A stretch of DNA of 64,000 nucleotides from Tubulanus polymorphus (lineage: Eukaryota; Animalia; Nemertea): NCBI RefSeq assembly GCF_964204645.1, contig NC_134029.1:18098950-18162949 (forward strand), read 5' to 3'. The stretch's first letter is position 1, and each line of letters begins with the position of its first letter. The position numbers and the translations under genes were made by a program. The notes under the pieces were generated by a model that saw only the letters and a program-made list of their open reading frames with translations, did not search any database and had not been told where the DNA came from. Of this stretch, positions 1 to 12,072 are shown piece after piece.

Positions 1-1368
1 ACCAAGGGAGTGTGCCGATTCAACCGGCTAGTAAAACTCGACCATCACTTCCGAGACAAACCAGACTGCGAGGCTCCGCGTTTCCGTCTGCCCAGCAGTT
101 GGGCTCCGGATGAAATAGAACCAGTAATCGCCGAGTTCTGCAACGACGCGCACGAATTGGCTCAACAAACCAGGGATACGCGTCGCGCAAATGATAACCT
201 GACTAAACAGGAACGCGAAGCCCTCCAGCAGCTGCGTGACAACACTAATATTGTCATCAAAGCCGCCGATAAGGGTTCCGCCACGGTTATCATGGACCGC
301 GACGACTACGTCCACGAAGCCATGCGCCAACTAGCCGATCTCGAGTATTATCAGCCGCTGCAGCAACCGATCTTCGAACAGACCGGGGAAGAAATCCGCG
401 AAATCATCGAAAATATGGCTCGACGAAAAATCATCCCGCTAAAAACCGCCGAATATCTATTACCGCCCGATAATCCGAAACAGAGGCAGTTCTATCTGCT
501 TCCCAAAATCCATAATGAACGCGAGAAGTGGACGGTACCCGATCGCGTACCGCCGGGGAGACCGATAGTCTCCGACTGCGGCTCCGAAACCTACGAAATT
601 TCGGAATGGATCGACTACTATTTGCAGCCGATCGCCCGGAGTTACCCGTCGTACGTCAAAGATACCAACCACTTTCTAGATATTTTGGCCGGTAAACAAT
701 TTAGCGCCGATGCGTTACTCGTCACCATGGACATCCATTCGCTCTACACCAACATCCCCCACGAAGAGGGTATCGCCAGCATCCGACAAGCTCTCCGAGA
801 CAACCCAAACCCGGGACGCCCGGATGCCGAGCTGCTGAAACTACTCGAAATCAGCCTGAAGAAAAACGACTTTAACTTCAACGAAAACACATATTTACAG
901 GTAAAAGGTACCGCAATGGGTAAGCGTTTTGCTCCTTATGCCAATATCTTTGTAGCCGAATGGGAAAAAAAGAAGGTCTGTCCAGAAGCGAACTCCAACC
1001 ATCGCTATACGCTCAGTTCATCGACGACATCTACATGGTTTGGGAACACGGCCGCGAAACGTTGATGCAATTCATCGACGTCCTACAAACAGTGAGCCGA
1101 TCCATCAAACTCAAGTTCGAAATCAGCGACACCAGCATCAACTTCCTGGACGTAACCACTTTCAAAGGCCTGCGATTCGAGACAAGTGGCACAGTAGACA
1201 CCAAAGTCTACTTCAAACCAACCGATTGCACGATCACTACATCGACCTTCGTTTCACCCTAAGCACACATTTTCCGGTATAGGCCTAGTTAAAAGTCAAA
1301 TTCTCCGGTTCCGGCGCATCTGCTATAATGATTCGGACCTACACGCAGCGTCTGGAACCGTCCTTAAA
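1..1368 (+). pseudogene. Penelope-like element family 1 (Neptune-type) reverse transcriptase fragment, frameshifted, cut by window start and 3'-truncated
   Basis: ORFs 10-1065 and 960-1262 carry PLE RT motifs IVIKAADKGSATVIMDR, FYLLPKIH, PPGRPIVSDCGS, LVTMDI.SLYTNIPH, GTAMGKRFAP, FIDDIYMVW, INFLDV, VYFKPTD; near-identical to 34561-35924. Confidence 0.93.
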
Positions 1369-1670
1369 GTATTTTCAGACACCAGTCGAAGCATGACAGG
1401 AGGTGCACTTTATCAGAAGATTAAAGGAAAAGACAGATTGGTTGCATATCACTCCAAGGTTCTTCCTAAAGCAGCTAAATCCTATTCCGTCAGTGAATTG
1501 GAATTGTATGGATTATGGTTAAACATTCTTGCATTTAAACATATTTTGAGATCAATTTCGTTTCATTGTTATGTCGATCATTCGTCATTGATATACATTT
1601 ACAGGTCGAAGAACCAACCACCTACGCTTAGGATGCAAAAGTTACTCGAACGTCTTTCACCATATTCATA
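1369..1670 (+). pseudogene. Ty3/gypsy pol RNase H fragment
   Basis: VFSDTSRSMTGGALYQ...RLVAYHSKVL...YSVSELELYGL...YVDHSSL matches the gypsy RT_RNaseH pattern; fused directly to the PLE RT. Confidence 0.88.
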
Positions 1671-2530
1671 AACAGCAAAGAAAAACATCGATGACTCCGG
1701 TATGTAATAGTCGCAATATCAAATCATCCATTGAAATATCTACTTATTATATTTCCCTAATTTTAGAAAACGTTATAACCAAGGACAATTGGCAACAAGT
1801 CCTTGGTTCGGACATTGCAAGGGACGTTGTGAAATTCCTCGGGGGCAAGATGTCGCGAATTACTATGCTGCAGTTCATGGCCGTCCGGTATCATCTGATA
1901 ACTTATATATGCTCCCAAAATCAACAGCGAGCTGGTGTAGTACACCATTTAACGGTATCAGATATCGAGAGACTTCGGCTCGTTGATTTCGATGGTGATC
2001 AAGACCTAAGTGACAGTAAGTAATACTTAAGATACATTATCAAGTTTCCAGTGCCATAATTATCATTTCAAAATTTACGTAGGTCACAGGCGACCCAGAG
2101 CGAGGTCATGAAACTGTTTTGACGCATGGTGCCATAATTTTGTTCTTAACTGGTGACCTGAAAAGATTGCTATGTCTCTAAAAAATAAAAATACTGCCAC
2201 TTATAATTCGGAATGTGTGTCCACACTCCCCCCCCTGTGGGTCAGTTTTGCCGGGACAAAACTAAACAAAATGAGTGTGTAAGTGTCTTGAAATGTTGTA
2301 CAATAATTATGGTAATCCTTTCTATCGAAGTGTACTACAGCAATATTGGAAACAATCGACCAGAAAATTCAAACCAGTTACTAACAAACTGATCAGAAAG
2401 TCGGCCACAACATTGACTCGTACCGAACACCCAGAGAAGGCAGATACTTTGGCACAGCTGATGTGCCACAGTACAGCAACTGCCAACATGATCGGGCAAA
2501 AGTAAAGCATACCGAGGGCGTGGCTAGGGC
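1671..2530 (+). pseudogene. Tyrosine recombinase gene paralogue B, spliced catalytic exons
   Basis: RYHLITYICSQNQQRAGVVHHLT (catalytic R), GT-AG intron, GHETVLTHG, KLIRKSATT (second R), LAQLMCHSTATAN; the KYY nucleophile is deleted here but present at about 19300. Confidence 0.8.
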
Positions 2531-3158
2531 CGTCATCCACTGTCATCGTAGAGATAGAAGCCATCTTAAATGACAGACCGCTGTCATACGTGTCAGGGGA
2601 GGCAGAATACGTGCCACTAACCCCAGCACACCTACTATACAGGCGTTGTGTAACATCTCTACCGCATGAGTATGTCAATGAGGACAATATTATGGACCCC
2701 AACTTCAAAATCCGATCCTGCGATATAGAAAAGCGAAAGAAATACATCGATCGCGTATTCACTCACTTTTGGTCGAAGTGGAAAAACGAATATCTTGCGT
2801 CGTTAAGAGAACAACACGCTAACGCGAAAAACTCGGGACGAGTGGAAAACGTCATCAAAACCGGTGACATCATCATCGAGACAATGAGAAGCGTGTTAAC
2901 TGGCCACTGGCCATCGTGAGACATCTTCGTTACGGGCAAGATGGAATCGTGCGCAGCGCAGAAATCATGACAAAATTCGGTAAAACGAACAGACCAATTA
3001 AAAAGCTATATCCGTTGGAAATAAATAGCAATCTCGCGCCGGAAAAGGATCATCAAACCGATTAGACAACTACAGAAATCGTGAAACGACCGACACATCA
3101 CGCAGCGGAAAAGGCGCGCCGACAAATTAACGAATGGTCCAAAGTATTGAATGCTTAG
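2531..3158 (+). pseudogene. BEL/Pao LTR retrotransposon integrase C-terminus (DUF5641-like)
   Basis: EIEAILNDRPLSY...PLTPAHLL...FWSKWKNEYLASLRE...GQDGIVRSAEI...RPIKKLYPLE. Confidence 0.9.
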
Positions 3159-3696
3159 AGTAGTTTAATTAGAAAAATCATTATTCATTATTTCATATTC
3201 ATGTTCATACTTTTAAGTTTTTCAACGTGTATTTTTGCTCATTGGGAAATACTGAAACAATGTAACGCTCCTAACGTAATGTTATTGTTTAGGTTAATTG
3301 TAAACACCCGAGATGGGTACAGACTCGTCGATTGCGACGCCATCTAACGTTAGTTTGTAGACTATATAGTAGTATTAGAACGAGTTATACATGTAGTTAG
3401 ATAAATTAGACATTGGTGAGACATTGATATGTCACTTCTTATTCTTATGTAACGAAACTTGATTCACACAGTTGCTATATACATTACACATACATTACAT
3501 GTATTCTTATAAGTCTTTATTGGTCATTTTTCTATAGGTTGTTTATGATTATGCATTCTGTAATTGGTTACGTACACTAGACTACTTAGTTACCTATGGT
3601 ATAATTTCATAGTTTGAATTATTTCATGCGCTCTTAAAGCTTAAATACGTGAGTTGAATTAATCATATGTATGGTCACTTCTTTCTTGGCCGGCAG

Positions 3697-3920
3697 TGTC
3701 AAGAATGGTCTTGAATAGATCATCAGATGCACATGTTCATGTACCCGTTCTGGGAAACTGTAAATGTTCTCTTGTCATATGATACTATAGTGATGTGTGC
3801 AGTAGCACGTGGTAATAAAGCAGTAGCAGTTAGATATTCATACTATACAGACGTGTTCCTTTCATTCTCCTGGTCTCTTTCAACGCTTCGAACCTGAATC
3901 TAGTCTCGCGCATAGACACA
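3697..3920 (+). mobile_element. Possible 3' LTR of the BEL/Pao element
   Basis: Begins TGTC after a GGCCGGCAG tract, has an internal AATAAA and ends at about ...ACACA; no second LTR in the window to confirm. Confidence 0.35.
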
Positions 3921-4034
3921 TATCCTGTTCTTAGTTTCTTTACTCACTTCTGCAGTGTCGAAAAATTGCAGGTGATCTTATGATATGACCATGGGCAAAG
4001 GAAAACAAATTTTCAAGCGCCAAAGCTACTTCAT

Positions 4035-5017
4035 CTAAAGCGAAATTGTCCAGTAATGCTAATGGTCAACTTGACAGATGGTCTGGTCAATGGATCCCTC
4101 GGCTATGGCAAGGATTTTACTGATGAGGGACCAATCGTTCATTGGGCCGATGCCGAAATCACTATGTTAATGAAACGGCATAATTTTACAAGTGAGTCAA
4201 TAAAGATAACGAGTAACACATTCTTTTTATCTATGATGATGTATACAGCTCATAGAGCTGACTTTAATAACAAGAATCATAATTTGAAAAAGAATGAAAA
4301 ATAAACTGAAAATGATTTTAAAACTGTTGCGAAATTAAAGATTTAAAATAGAAATTAAGTATCAAATGAAAGTATAGTAATCTTTGCTCAGATTCATTAT
4401 ACATGTATCACAATTCAGTAAAAATTGTTTTTCAGTCTTCGATCCATCACAAGACCATATAATTGCAAGAGGTTGCAGATACCCATTGTGCTGGCTTTTG
4501 CGTTTACTGTCCATACGGCACAGGGCATGACTTGTTCGAGTGTTACAGTTGATTGTACCCTCATTAACCGTCCAGGACAACTTGGTGTTGCGATTGGAAG
4601 AGTTACAAACTCTGATGGATTGCGACTGATAAACTTTTCCGAGCAATGCATCATCAAACTGCTTTTGGTTGATGAATTTTACGAGTGCCGTTCGAACATT
4701 ATGTCCCAAAATTTATCTTGTTGTCGAAATATACTTTCTATTAAAGATATTATTGATTGAAATTGAATCAGAACCTGTACATCACTTACTCCCAGATTTC
4801 AAGACTGAAAATGTTACTAGTAGTACAAAACCTAAACGAGCTTGACTACTGAATCAATATATATGCCCTGAATGTCAACAGCCGTGGTCTGAAAACAGTG
4901 GGGAATGAATTGCATGTGATAGGTGTAATCGGTGGTTTCACCGAACTATTCGATGATGATGAATGGGAATTTCTGAATGGAAACAAGGATGAAGAATTCA
5001 TTTGCAGTTATTGCTGA
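4035..5017 (+). pseudogene. Pif1-family helicase C-terminal exons followed by a PHD finger (copy 1)
   Basis: CPVMLMVNLTDGLVNGSLG, QIPIVLAFAFTVH.AQGMT, PGQLGVAIGRV (Pif1 motifs), then CPEC...WIACDRCNRWFH...FICSYC. Confidence 0.85.
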
Positions 5018-5149
5018 TAAATCAGCAGTAGGTAAGGTTCATTAAACATGCAATGATTAGCTGTTTTTATAATCATAACTGCATTATTGAAGTGTGGAGA
5101 TGTTGTAATAGATACTAATTAAGGTTTTTAATCTACCTTTGATTGGAAA

Positions 5150-5460
5150 TATCAGCACAAAGTCAAATTCAACCGATTCAACTACTCCTAAGACAACACC
5201 TCAGACATCAAAACCGGAAGAAACCACGATGATAACTCCCAAGAAAACAAAGTCCAATTCAACCGATTCAACTACTCCTCAGATAACACCTCAGACATAA
5301 AACCGGAAGAAATTACGATGACAACACCGGAAGAAACCCTAATGACACCAACTCAGGAAACAGATACGACACCAAACCCGGAAGAAACCACGATGAAAAC
5401 CCCCCAGAAAGATACGTCCAATTCAACCAATTCAACTACTCCTAGAAAAACACCCCAAAA
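5150..5460. repeat. Degenerate ~90-bp repeat built on AATTCAACCGATTCAACTACTCCT and CCGGAAGAAA motifs; other copies at about 13615-13915 and 26265-26395 with different unit numbers
   Basis: Motif recurs at about 5166, 5256 and 5421. Confidence 0.7.
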
Positions 5461-5574
5461 GTTTTCCAGCAACCAAGTCCTCGAGCAAGTTGTTTTAAGT
5501 CCAGTGCCCAGTTGTAAGTTCATACAACAACCTAGCCCTAACCCCAGGACAGTAAATTATAACGTTACATTTCA

Positions 5575-6540
5575 GATCTACTAAGCGCGTTTCGTGAATG
5601 GTTGACTGGTCTGAAGATATGTGAATGCAGATAGCGAAAAAAGACAAAAGATAAAAGACCAACAAATTCAACAACTTCGTGATGCCCTACAGGCAACAGA
5701 TTATTATTTAGCTGCATCCAGATTGAAACGATTCTATTTCTCACTCGTTGAAGATGGCCGCAAGGCTTCGACTGCTTCGGTGTATATGAGCACAATGTCA
5801 GAATTTTTGACATTTCTCGCCGATGTAAGTACAGTGTAAATTCGGTACTGGCTTATCCCTAGTTCTTCAATTGATGCACTCTTTTCATTCAGAGACCCTT
5901 AGAATCGTTGCAACAGCGGAGCGATCTGCAACAATTGGAGAAGATGCTTGCTCATTGGCGAAAGTTACTAAATAAGACTAAAGAAATTAAGACTGCTGGC
6001 AAAGTGAAGCAAGTGACAATGTCCCAGTTTACAGCAATCAGGAATCACATGATAACTCATGTTTGCAGTCAGAATGCACAGCATGCTGGTGTTGTTAATC
6101 ATCTGACCTGTAGAGGGGAAGAACAGGAAGAGGAGTTGTATTACGTAACGGTAAGTAATACTAATCATATTCAAGTTTCCCTAGCCAACACAGCTTTCAT
6201 ATATAAAAATTCATTATTGGAGTTCCTGACATTTTTTCTGATGTAAGTACTTATATAGTGTGTATTGTTAACTAAGTTTCACGGTTATGCCTAGCCATAT
6301 AATTTAAAAAGTTTCACGGTTATGCCTAGCCAATATGCAAAGTTTCAAGGTTATGCCTAGCCAATATGCAAAGTTTCAAGGTTATGCCTAGCCTTAACTT
6401 TTATTATTTATGCAGGTGACCAGTGACGCCGAACGTGGACATAAGACGTTTCGACTTGTGGGGGGTTATTGTATACTTCACCAGTAATCTTAAAAAAACT
6501 TTTGGACCTATATGTTGAGAAAATCCTTCCGTCAACAAAG
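5575..6540 (+). pseudogene. Tyrosine recombinase gene paralogue A, spliced, 3'-truncated (copy 1)
   Basis: Exons bounded by TTTCAG/GTAAGT; QFTAIRNHMITHVCSQNAQHAGVVNHLT and VTSDAERGHKTFRL align with paralogue B. Confidence 0.75.
6274..6393. repeat. Intronic minisatellite AAGTTTCA(C/A)GGTTATGCCTAGCC, 4 units (3 units at about 14729-14817 and about 27218-27305)
   Basis: Direct inspection; period about 32 bp. Confidence 0.85.
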
Positions 6541-6544
6541 TTGA

Positions 6545-6751
6545 CTGTCGAAAAAGATGACTCCGTCGAAAAAGATGACACCGTCGAAAAAGATGACTCC
6601 GTCGAAAAAGTTGACTCCGACTAAAAGTTCTATGAAAATTCGTGAACCGAAAGAAGCTGCGAATCCAGCCCCGGCTCCTGTCCCGGCAATTCAGTTGCGT
6701 CGGAATCAACCGGACTGGAACGACTTCCAGTATGCACGATTTTGGCCTTGA
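6545..6751 (+). other. Coding-like segment with an 18-bp (KKMTPS)n repeat and the motif PAPAPV...RNQPDWNDFQYA
   Basis: ORF 6557-6751; copies at 14970-15177 and 27460-27647; diverged homologue at about 36980-37145. Confidence 0.55.
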
Positions 6752-6775
6752 TGACTTTTTTGGCTTTTGACTTTG

Positions 6776-9144
6776 GAAATTCCGCTGTCAGACTCTGTCT
6801 GACAAATTGTTTAACCTCCTGCATAACCCGCCCACTTCCTTTCTCATTCCAGGTCCCACCACCAGGAGGCACCCACGGAGCCGAAGATTCGTCCACCGCC
6901 GAGACCGAGCCGGAAGATTCGACAGCCCGCGACGCCTGCATTAACCGCAGCCACGCCCGCTGCGCCACCTTCTTTTTCTAATTCAAGGTCACCAAATAGA
7001 AGCTACGCTGATGTCAACAGGACGCCACCAACCAGAATGGCGCCACAACCGAGAAGTCCGATGCCGACACCACTGCAAAGAAGTCTGACGCCACCGCCTA
7101 GAAACCCGCCGCCGCCGCCGCAGAGAACGCCGACCGCACCAACCAGCAGTCCGATGCAGTCTCTTCTCTTTCCAGCTCTCAGTCTCTTTACAGGTCACCA
7201 GGGTGCCTACTGCCAGCACCAGCGCAAATTGCGACACCAACACCGAGACCGATGGCGCCCCAGGAAGTTTGCCGTCATCCGAGGATGAATCGGAAGAAAC
7301 AGGATTGGAGTCTGCCACCAACCCAGCGACCCATTCTGGTTATTGGTGACTCAAACCTGAGTAACATCACATCAAGCCGCCGTCCGGATGACGTCCAGAT
7401 CGAGAGCTTCCCCGGCAACAAGGCGTCTCATCTCGCCGACCTGATCGAAGCTGTACCGGAACGCTAAGATTGCCCAGACACGGTGATCATCAGCGTCGGA
7501 ATCAACGACCGCGACTATAACTTCGAAGCTACCACCCAGAAGACTCATCAACGGCGCAGTCCGAAAGTACCAGCACTCGTTCGTCCACTTCGTTCAACAA
7601 AACACAGCCCACGAACACCAGGAGTTCACCCGAAAATTCAACGAATTCCTCAAGAACCACGACGACGTCACCGCGATACGACCAATCGATGATCGAAGCT
7701 TCAGAGTTGTTGGAGACGGGATCCACTGGGGACCATGGCACAGCTAACACCCTGCTGGACCACTGGCTCAGTGGTTTAAACTAAGTATCAGTGAGAACAA
7801 CGGGTCCACTATTGGTGAGTTAAATCAACCGGAATTAACCAATGTTTCTCTCATTTCTTCCATTTCCAGGTCCGATGAACACGACGAACCGGCACCAAAC
7901 CAAGCGCGACGCGATCCCGTCACCGCTCTCGGTTGCCCGTTCACTCCGCATAAGTCCGGCGCAACATCAGCTACTCCGAAAGGGCCTCACTTATTGCCCG
8001 ACTCCAAAAATCGGTTCTGATGCCGCCGCGACCGAGCGCACCAAGGGAGTGTGCTGATTCAACCGGCTAGTGAAACTCCACCATCACTTCCGAGACAAAC
8101 CGGACAGCAAGGCTCCGCATTTCCGTCTGCCCAGCAGTTGGGCTCCGGATGAAATAGAACCAGTAATTTCCGAGTTCTGCAACGACGTGCACGAATTGGC
8201 TCAACAAACCAGGGATACGCGTCGCGCAAATGATAACCTGACTAAACAGGAACGCATGCCCTCCAGCAGCTGCGTGACAACACTAATATTGTCATCAAAG
8301 CCGCCGATAAGGGTTCCGCCACGGTTATCATGGCCCGCGACGACTACGTCCACGAAGCCATGCGCCAACTAGCCGATCTCGAGTATTATCAGCCGCTGAA
8401 GCAACCGATCTTCGAACAGACCGGGGAAGAAATCCACGAAATCATCGAAAATATGGCTCGACGAAAAATCATCCCGCTAAAAACCGCCGAATATATCTAT
8501 TACCGCCCAATAATCCAAACAGAGGCAGTTCTATCTGCTTCCCAAAATCCATAAAGAACACAAGAAGTGGATCGCGTACCGCCGGGGAGACCGATCCTCT
8601 CCGACTGCGGCTCCGAAACCTACGAAATTTCGGAATGGATCGACTACTATTTGCAGCCGATCGCCCGGAGTCACCCGTCGTACGTCAAAGATACCAACCA
8701 CTTTCTAGATATTTTGGCCGGTAAACAATTTAGCGCCAATGCGTTACTCGTCACCATGGACATCGATTCGCTCTACACCAACATCCCCCACGAAGAGGGT
8801 ATCGCCAGCATCCGACAAGCTCTCCGAGACAACCCAAACCCGGGACGCCCGGATGCCGAGCTGCTGAAACTACTCGAAATCAGCCTGAAGAAAAACGACT
8901 TTAACTTCAACATATTTACAGGTAAAAGGTACCGCAATGGGTAAGCGTTTTGCTCCTTCTTATGCCAATATCTTTGTAGCCGAATGGGAAAAAGAAGGTC
9001 TGTCCAGAAGCGAACTCCAACCATCGCTATACGTTTCACCCTAAGCACACATTTTCCGGTATAGTTAAAAGTCAAATTCTCCGGTTCTGGCGCATCTGCT
9101 ATAATGATTCGGACCTACACGCAGCGTCCGGAACGGTCCTTAAA
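6776..9144 (+). mobile_element. PLE family 1 copy: 5'-truncated Pro-rich/SGNH ORF1 plus internally deleted RT
   Basis: ILVIGDSNLS, VIISVGIND, DGIHW motifs; RT motifs at 8050-9030; homologous to 33271-35924. Confidence 0.9.
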
Positions 9145-9510
9145 GTATTTTCAGACACCAGTCGAAGCATGACAGGAGGTGCACTTTATCAGAAGATTAA
9201 AGGAAAAGACAGATTGGTTGCATATCACTCCAAGGTTCTTCCTAAAGCAGCTAAATCCTATTCCGTCAGTGAATTGGAATTGTATGGATTATGGTTAAAC
9301 ATTCTTGCATTTAAACATATTTTGAGATCAATTTCGTTTCATTGTTATGTCGATCATTCGTCATTGATATACATTTACAGGTCGAAGAACCAACCACCTA
9401 CGCTTAGGATGCAAAAGTTACTCGAACGTCTTTCACCATATTCATTTGATCTTTCCTATTGTAAGGGTTCAGTCAGGGTTATCGCAGATTTTCTAAGTAG
9501 AGCACCTGGC
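9145..9510 (+). pseudogene. Ty3/gypsy RNase H fragment (longer copy, ends at ADFLSR)
   Basis: ORF 9169-9564. Confidence 0.88.
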
Positions 9511-9511
9511 A

Positions 9512-10850
9512 CAGCGCGAGTACGTCGAGCAAGAGGGCTGTTGAACAGAAGATGCAGCAAGTGAGTGATGCGATGAATGCCACTGATTGGTACTTGCAGT
9601 CGGCAGCCCTAAAGTTCTTTTTCGCTCTTGGGTCATTCATTTATTACGTACGCATTAGGAGAGGGGGGAGGGGTCAGTGCAATTGCGTATTGTAATGCTT
9701 AATGTATATGAAAAAATGGCCGATTTTGCGTACAGAGGGGGAGGGGGGTTGAAAAATTCAAATTTTATGCGTACGTAATAAATGAATGATCCCTCTCGTG
9801 GAGTGTGGACTGAAGGCAAACACGGCGATAATATATATGAATTCGTTTCGGACTTCCTTACATTTTTGGCTGATTATATGATCGGGCAAAAAGTAATTAT
9901 ATAGTGTAAACTAAGTTTCACGGTTATGCCTATACTCATCATATATGCATCATCTTAAAGTAATCAATGGAATCGTGCCAAAAAGAGGCAGACCTGCGAA
10001 GGATCAGCAATCTAATTATTCACTGGAGGAAACTACTCAACTGACGAAAGGAGGTGGAAACAGCAAAGAAAAACATCGATGACTCTGGTACATAATAGTC
10101 GCAATATCAAATCATCCATTGAAATATCTACTTATTATATTTCCCTAATTTTAGAAAACGTTATAACCAAGGACAATTGGCAACAAGTCCTTGGTTCGGA
10201 CATTGCAAGGGACATTGTGAAATTCCTCGGAGGCAAGATGTCGCGAATTACTATGCTGCAGTTCATGGCCGTCCGGTATCATCTGATAACTTATATATGC
10301 TCCCAAAATCAACAGCGAGCTGGTGTAGTACACCATTTAACGGTATCAGATATCGAGAGATTTCGGCTTGTTGATTTCGATGGTGATCAAGACCTAAACC
10401 AAGTGACAGTAAGTAATACTTAAGATACATTATCAAGTTTCCAGTGCCATAATTATCATTTCAAAATTTACGTAGGTCACAGGCGCAGGTTACGTAGGTC
10501 ACAGGTTGTTCTTAACTGGTGACCTGAAAAGATTGCTATGTCTCTATAAAATAATAATACTGCCACTTATAATTCGGAATGTGTGTCCACACTCCCCCCT
10601 GCGGGTCAGTTTTGCCGGGACAAAACTTAACAAAATGAGTGTGTAAGTATCTTGAAATGTTGTACGTCTCAGTAAAGTGTCACAATAATTATGGTAATCC
10701 TTTCTATCAAAGTGTACTACAGCGATATTGGAAACAATTGACCAGAAAATTCAAACCAGTTACTAACAAACTGATCAGAAAGTCGGCCACAACATTGACT
10801 CATACCGAACACCCAGAGAAGATAGATACTTTGGCACAGCTGATGTGCAC
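9512..10850 (+). pseudogene. Tyrosine recombinase paralogue B (copy 2), interrupted by a MITE
   Basis: N-terminal exon homologous to 5650-5825; ORFs 10079-10423 and 10639-10875. Confidence 0.78.
9629..9793. mobile_element. 165-bp PIF/Harbinger-type MITE
   Basis: TIR (T)GGGTCATTCATTTATTACGTACGCAT / ATGCGTACGTAATAAATGAATGATCCC; 3-bp TSD TCT; removal restores TTC GCT CTC GTG GAG (FALVE) in the YR exon. Confidence 0.85.
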
Positions 10851-10997
10851 ACAGTCACTGTTTTATGAGGGTTAGGGCCCGGACCCATGGAGAAGATAGA
10901 GGGCGACTAGCTGACCAAGAGTTCCACTTAAGACCCGAAATCATTAATAATAATCATAATATTAATATATTAGTTGTGGTACATATCTCCACGAGAT

Positions 10998-11092
10998 GGT
11001 ACCTAAGTCGAACGAATTGGATTTAGGTACCCTGTTTGTTGGATTTATGTACCTTGAATGAAGGTACATAAATCCAACCGTCATTGGGTACC
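10998..11092. repeat. Nested inverted-repeat cluster including a perfect 18-bp hairpin
   Basis: GTTGGATTTATGTACCTT-gaatg-AAGGTACATAAATCCAAC at 11038-11078; copy at 23685-23725. Confidence 0.85.
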
Positions 11093-11139
11093 ATTTGTTT
11101 CGCAAAAAACTTCTAATTCATAAAACAGATCCACCGCAC

Positions 11140-11600
11140 GGATCACTCCGCAACAAGGTAGCTCTCTTAAAAAAGCATGAGTTTTCTCAGCAAATTTTAT
11201 TATCTAATATAAGGAAACGAACGTCAACACATTTTGACCGCACTATTCATTTCGACATGTTTTCAAATTGATCCGGTCTCCAGATTGTCCCGAAGCGATG
11301 ACGCTCTCTTGAAAAGCATGAGTTTTCTCAGCAAATTTTATTATCTAGTATAAGGAAACGAACGTCAACACGCTATGACTGCACTATTTATTTCGACATT
11401 TTTATTTAGATCCGTTCTCTGGATCGTCCCGCAGCAAGGACTCTCTCTTGAAAAACATGAGTTCTCTCAACAAATTTTAATATCTAATATAAGGAAACGA
11501 TCGCAAACACGCTATGACTGCACTATTTATTTCGACATATTTTTAATTAGATCCGTTCTCCGGATCGTCCCGCAGCAAGGACGCTCTCTTGTAAAAACAC
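11140..11600. repeat. Tandem repeat, ~141-bp unit, about 3.2 copies (duplicate at about 23790-24247)
   Basis: CTCTCTTGAAAAGCATGAGTTTTCTCAGCAAATTTTA-like motif at about 11162, 11305, 11444 and 11584. Confidence 0.85.
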
Positions 11601-11954
11601 AAGGATTCTTACAAAAAAAGTTTTATTTTTTATAAAACACTCAATAAACTATGAATATCGCTCATCAATATCTCATCCCACGTAACGGATCAAACAAACA
11701 GTGGAGCCTCTCGCCCGGAAGTTCACACCTTGACGTCCAGGCATGATATGACGCCCAGGACTAATTATCACAATTAGTGCCAGCACGGTGACATTGAGCA
11801 CGCCCGACCAATGCATTACTTGCATAGGGCCCCTATGTCGCCGTACACGAGTCTACTATGCCCTAATACACTGGACTAATTACCCCGACCGAGACACACC
11901 CCCAAGCCCGACTATAAAGACCGGCCCAAAACCTCCACTGCCCTAGAATCCTTC

Positions 11955-11993
11955 AGTTACTGACGAAGATACTATCAATCGAAACGTTTAACT
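11955..11993 (+). ncRNA. Minimal type I hammerhead ribozyme in a solitary PLE pseudo-LTR (about 11685-12072)
   Basis: AGTTA-CTGACGA-A-GAT(actatca)ATC-GAAA-CGTT-TAACT; stems I and II pair; palindromic AACGTT; TATAAA about 45 bp upstream. Confidence 0.8.
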
Positions 11994-12072
11994 TACGATG
12001 AGATACAACAACCGACCGCACCAACGCGGCAGGGAGCTGACCCCAGATCGCCGCCGGCCTACCAACCAGAGC

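Noticed and set aside
4035-5017. Host PIF1 gene or Helitron
   Set aside because: Fragmentary, frameshifted, multi-copy and followed by a PHD finger; no Rep/HUH motifs or Helitron termini seen.
6274-6393. Regularly spaced 23-bp repeats resembling a CRISPR array
   Set aside because: Spacers are about 9-11 nt and nearly identical, the context is a eukaryotic intron, and there are no cas genes.
7814-7870. GTGAGT...TTTCCAG intron as the sole mechanism joining ORF1 to ORF2
   Set aside because: The donor lies downstream of the ORF1 stop, so splicing alone cannot fuse the ORFs or supply an AUG; kept only as a possible secondary feature.
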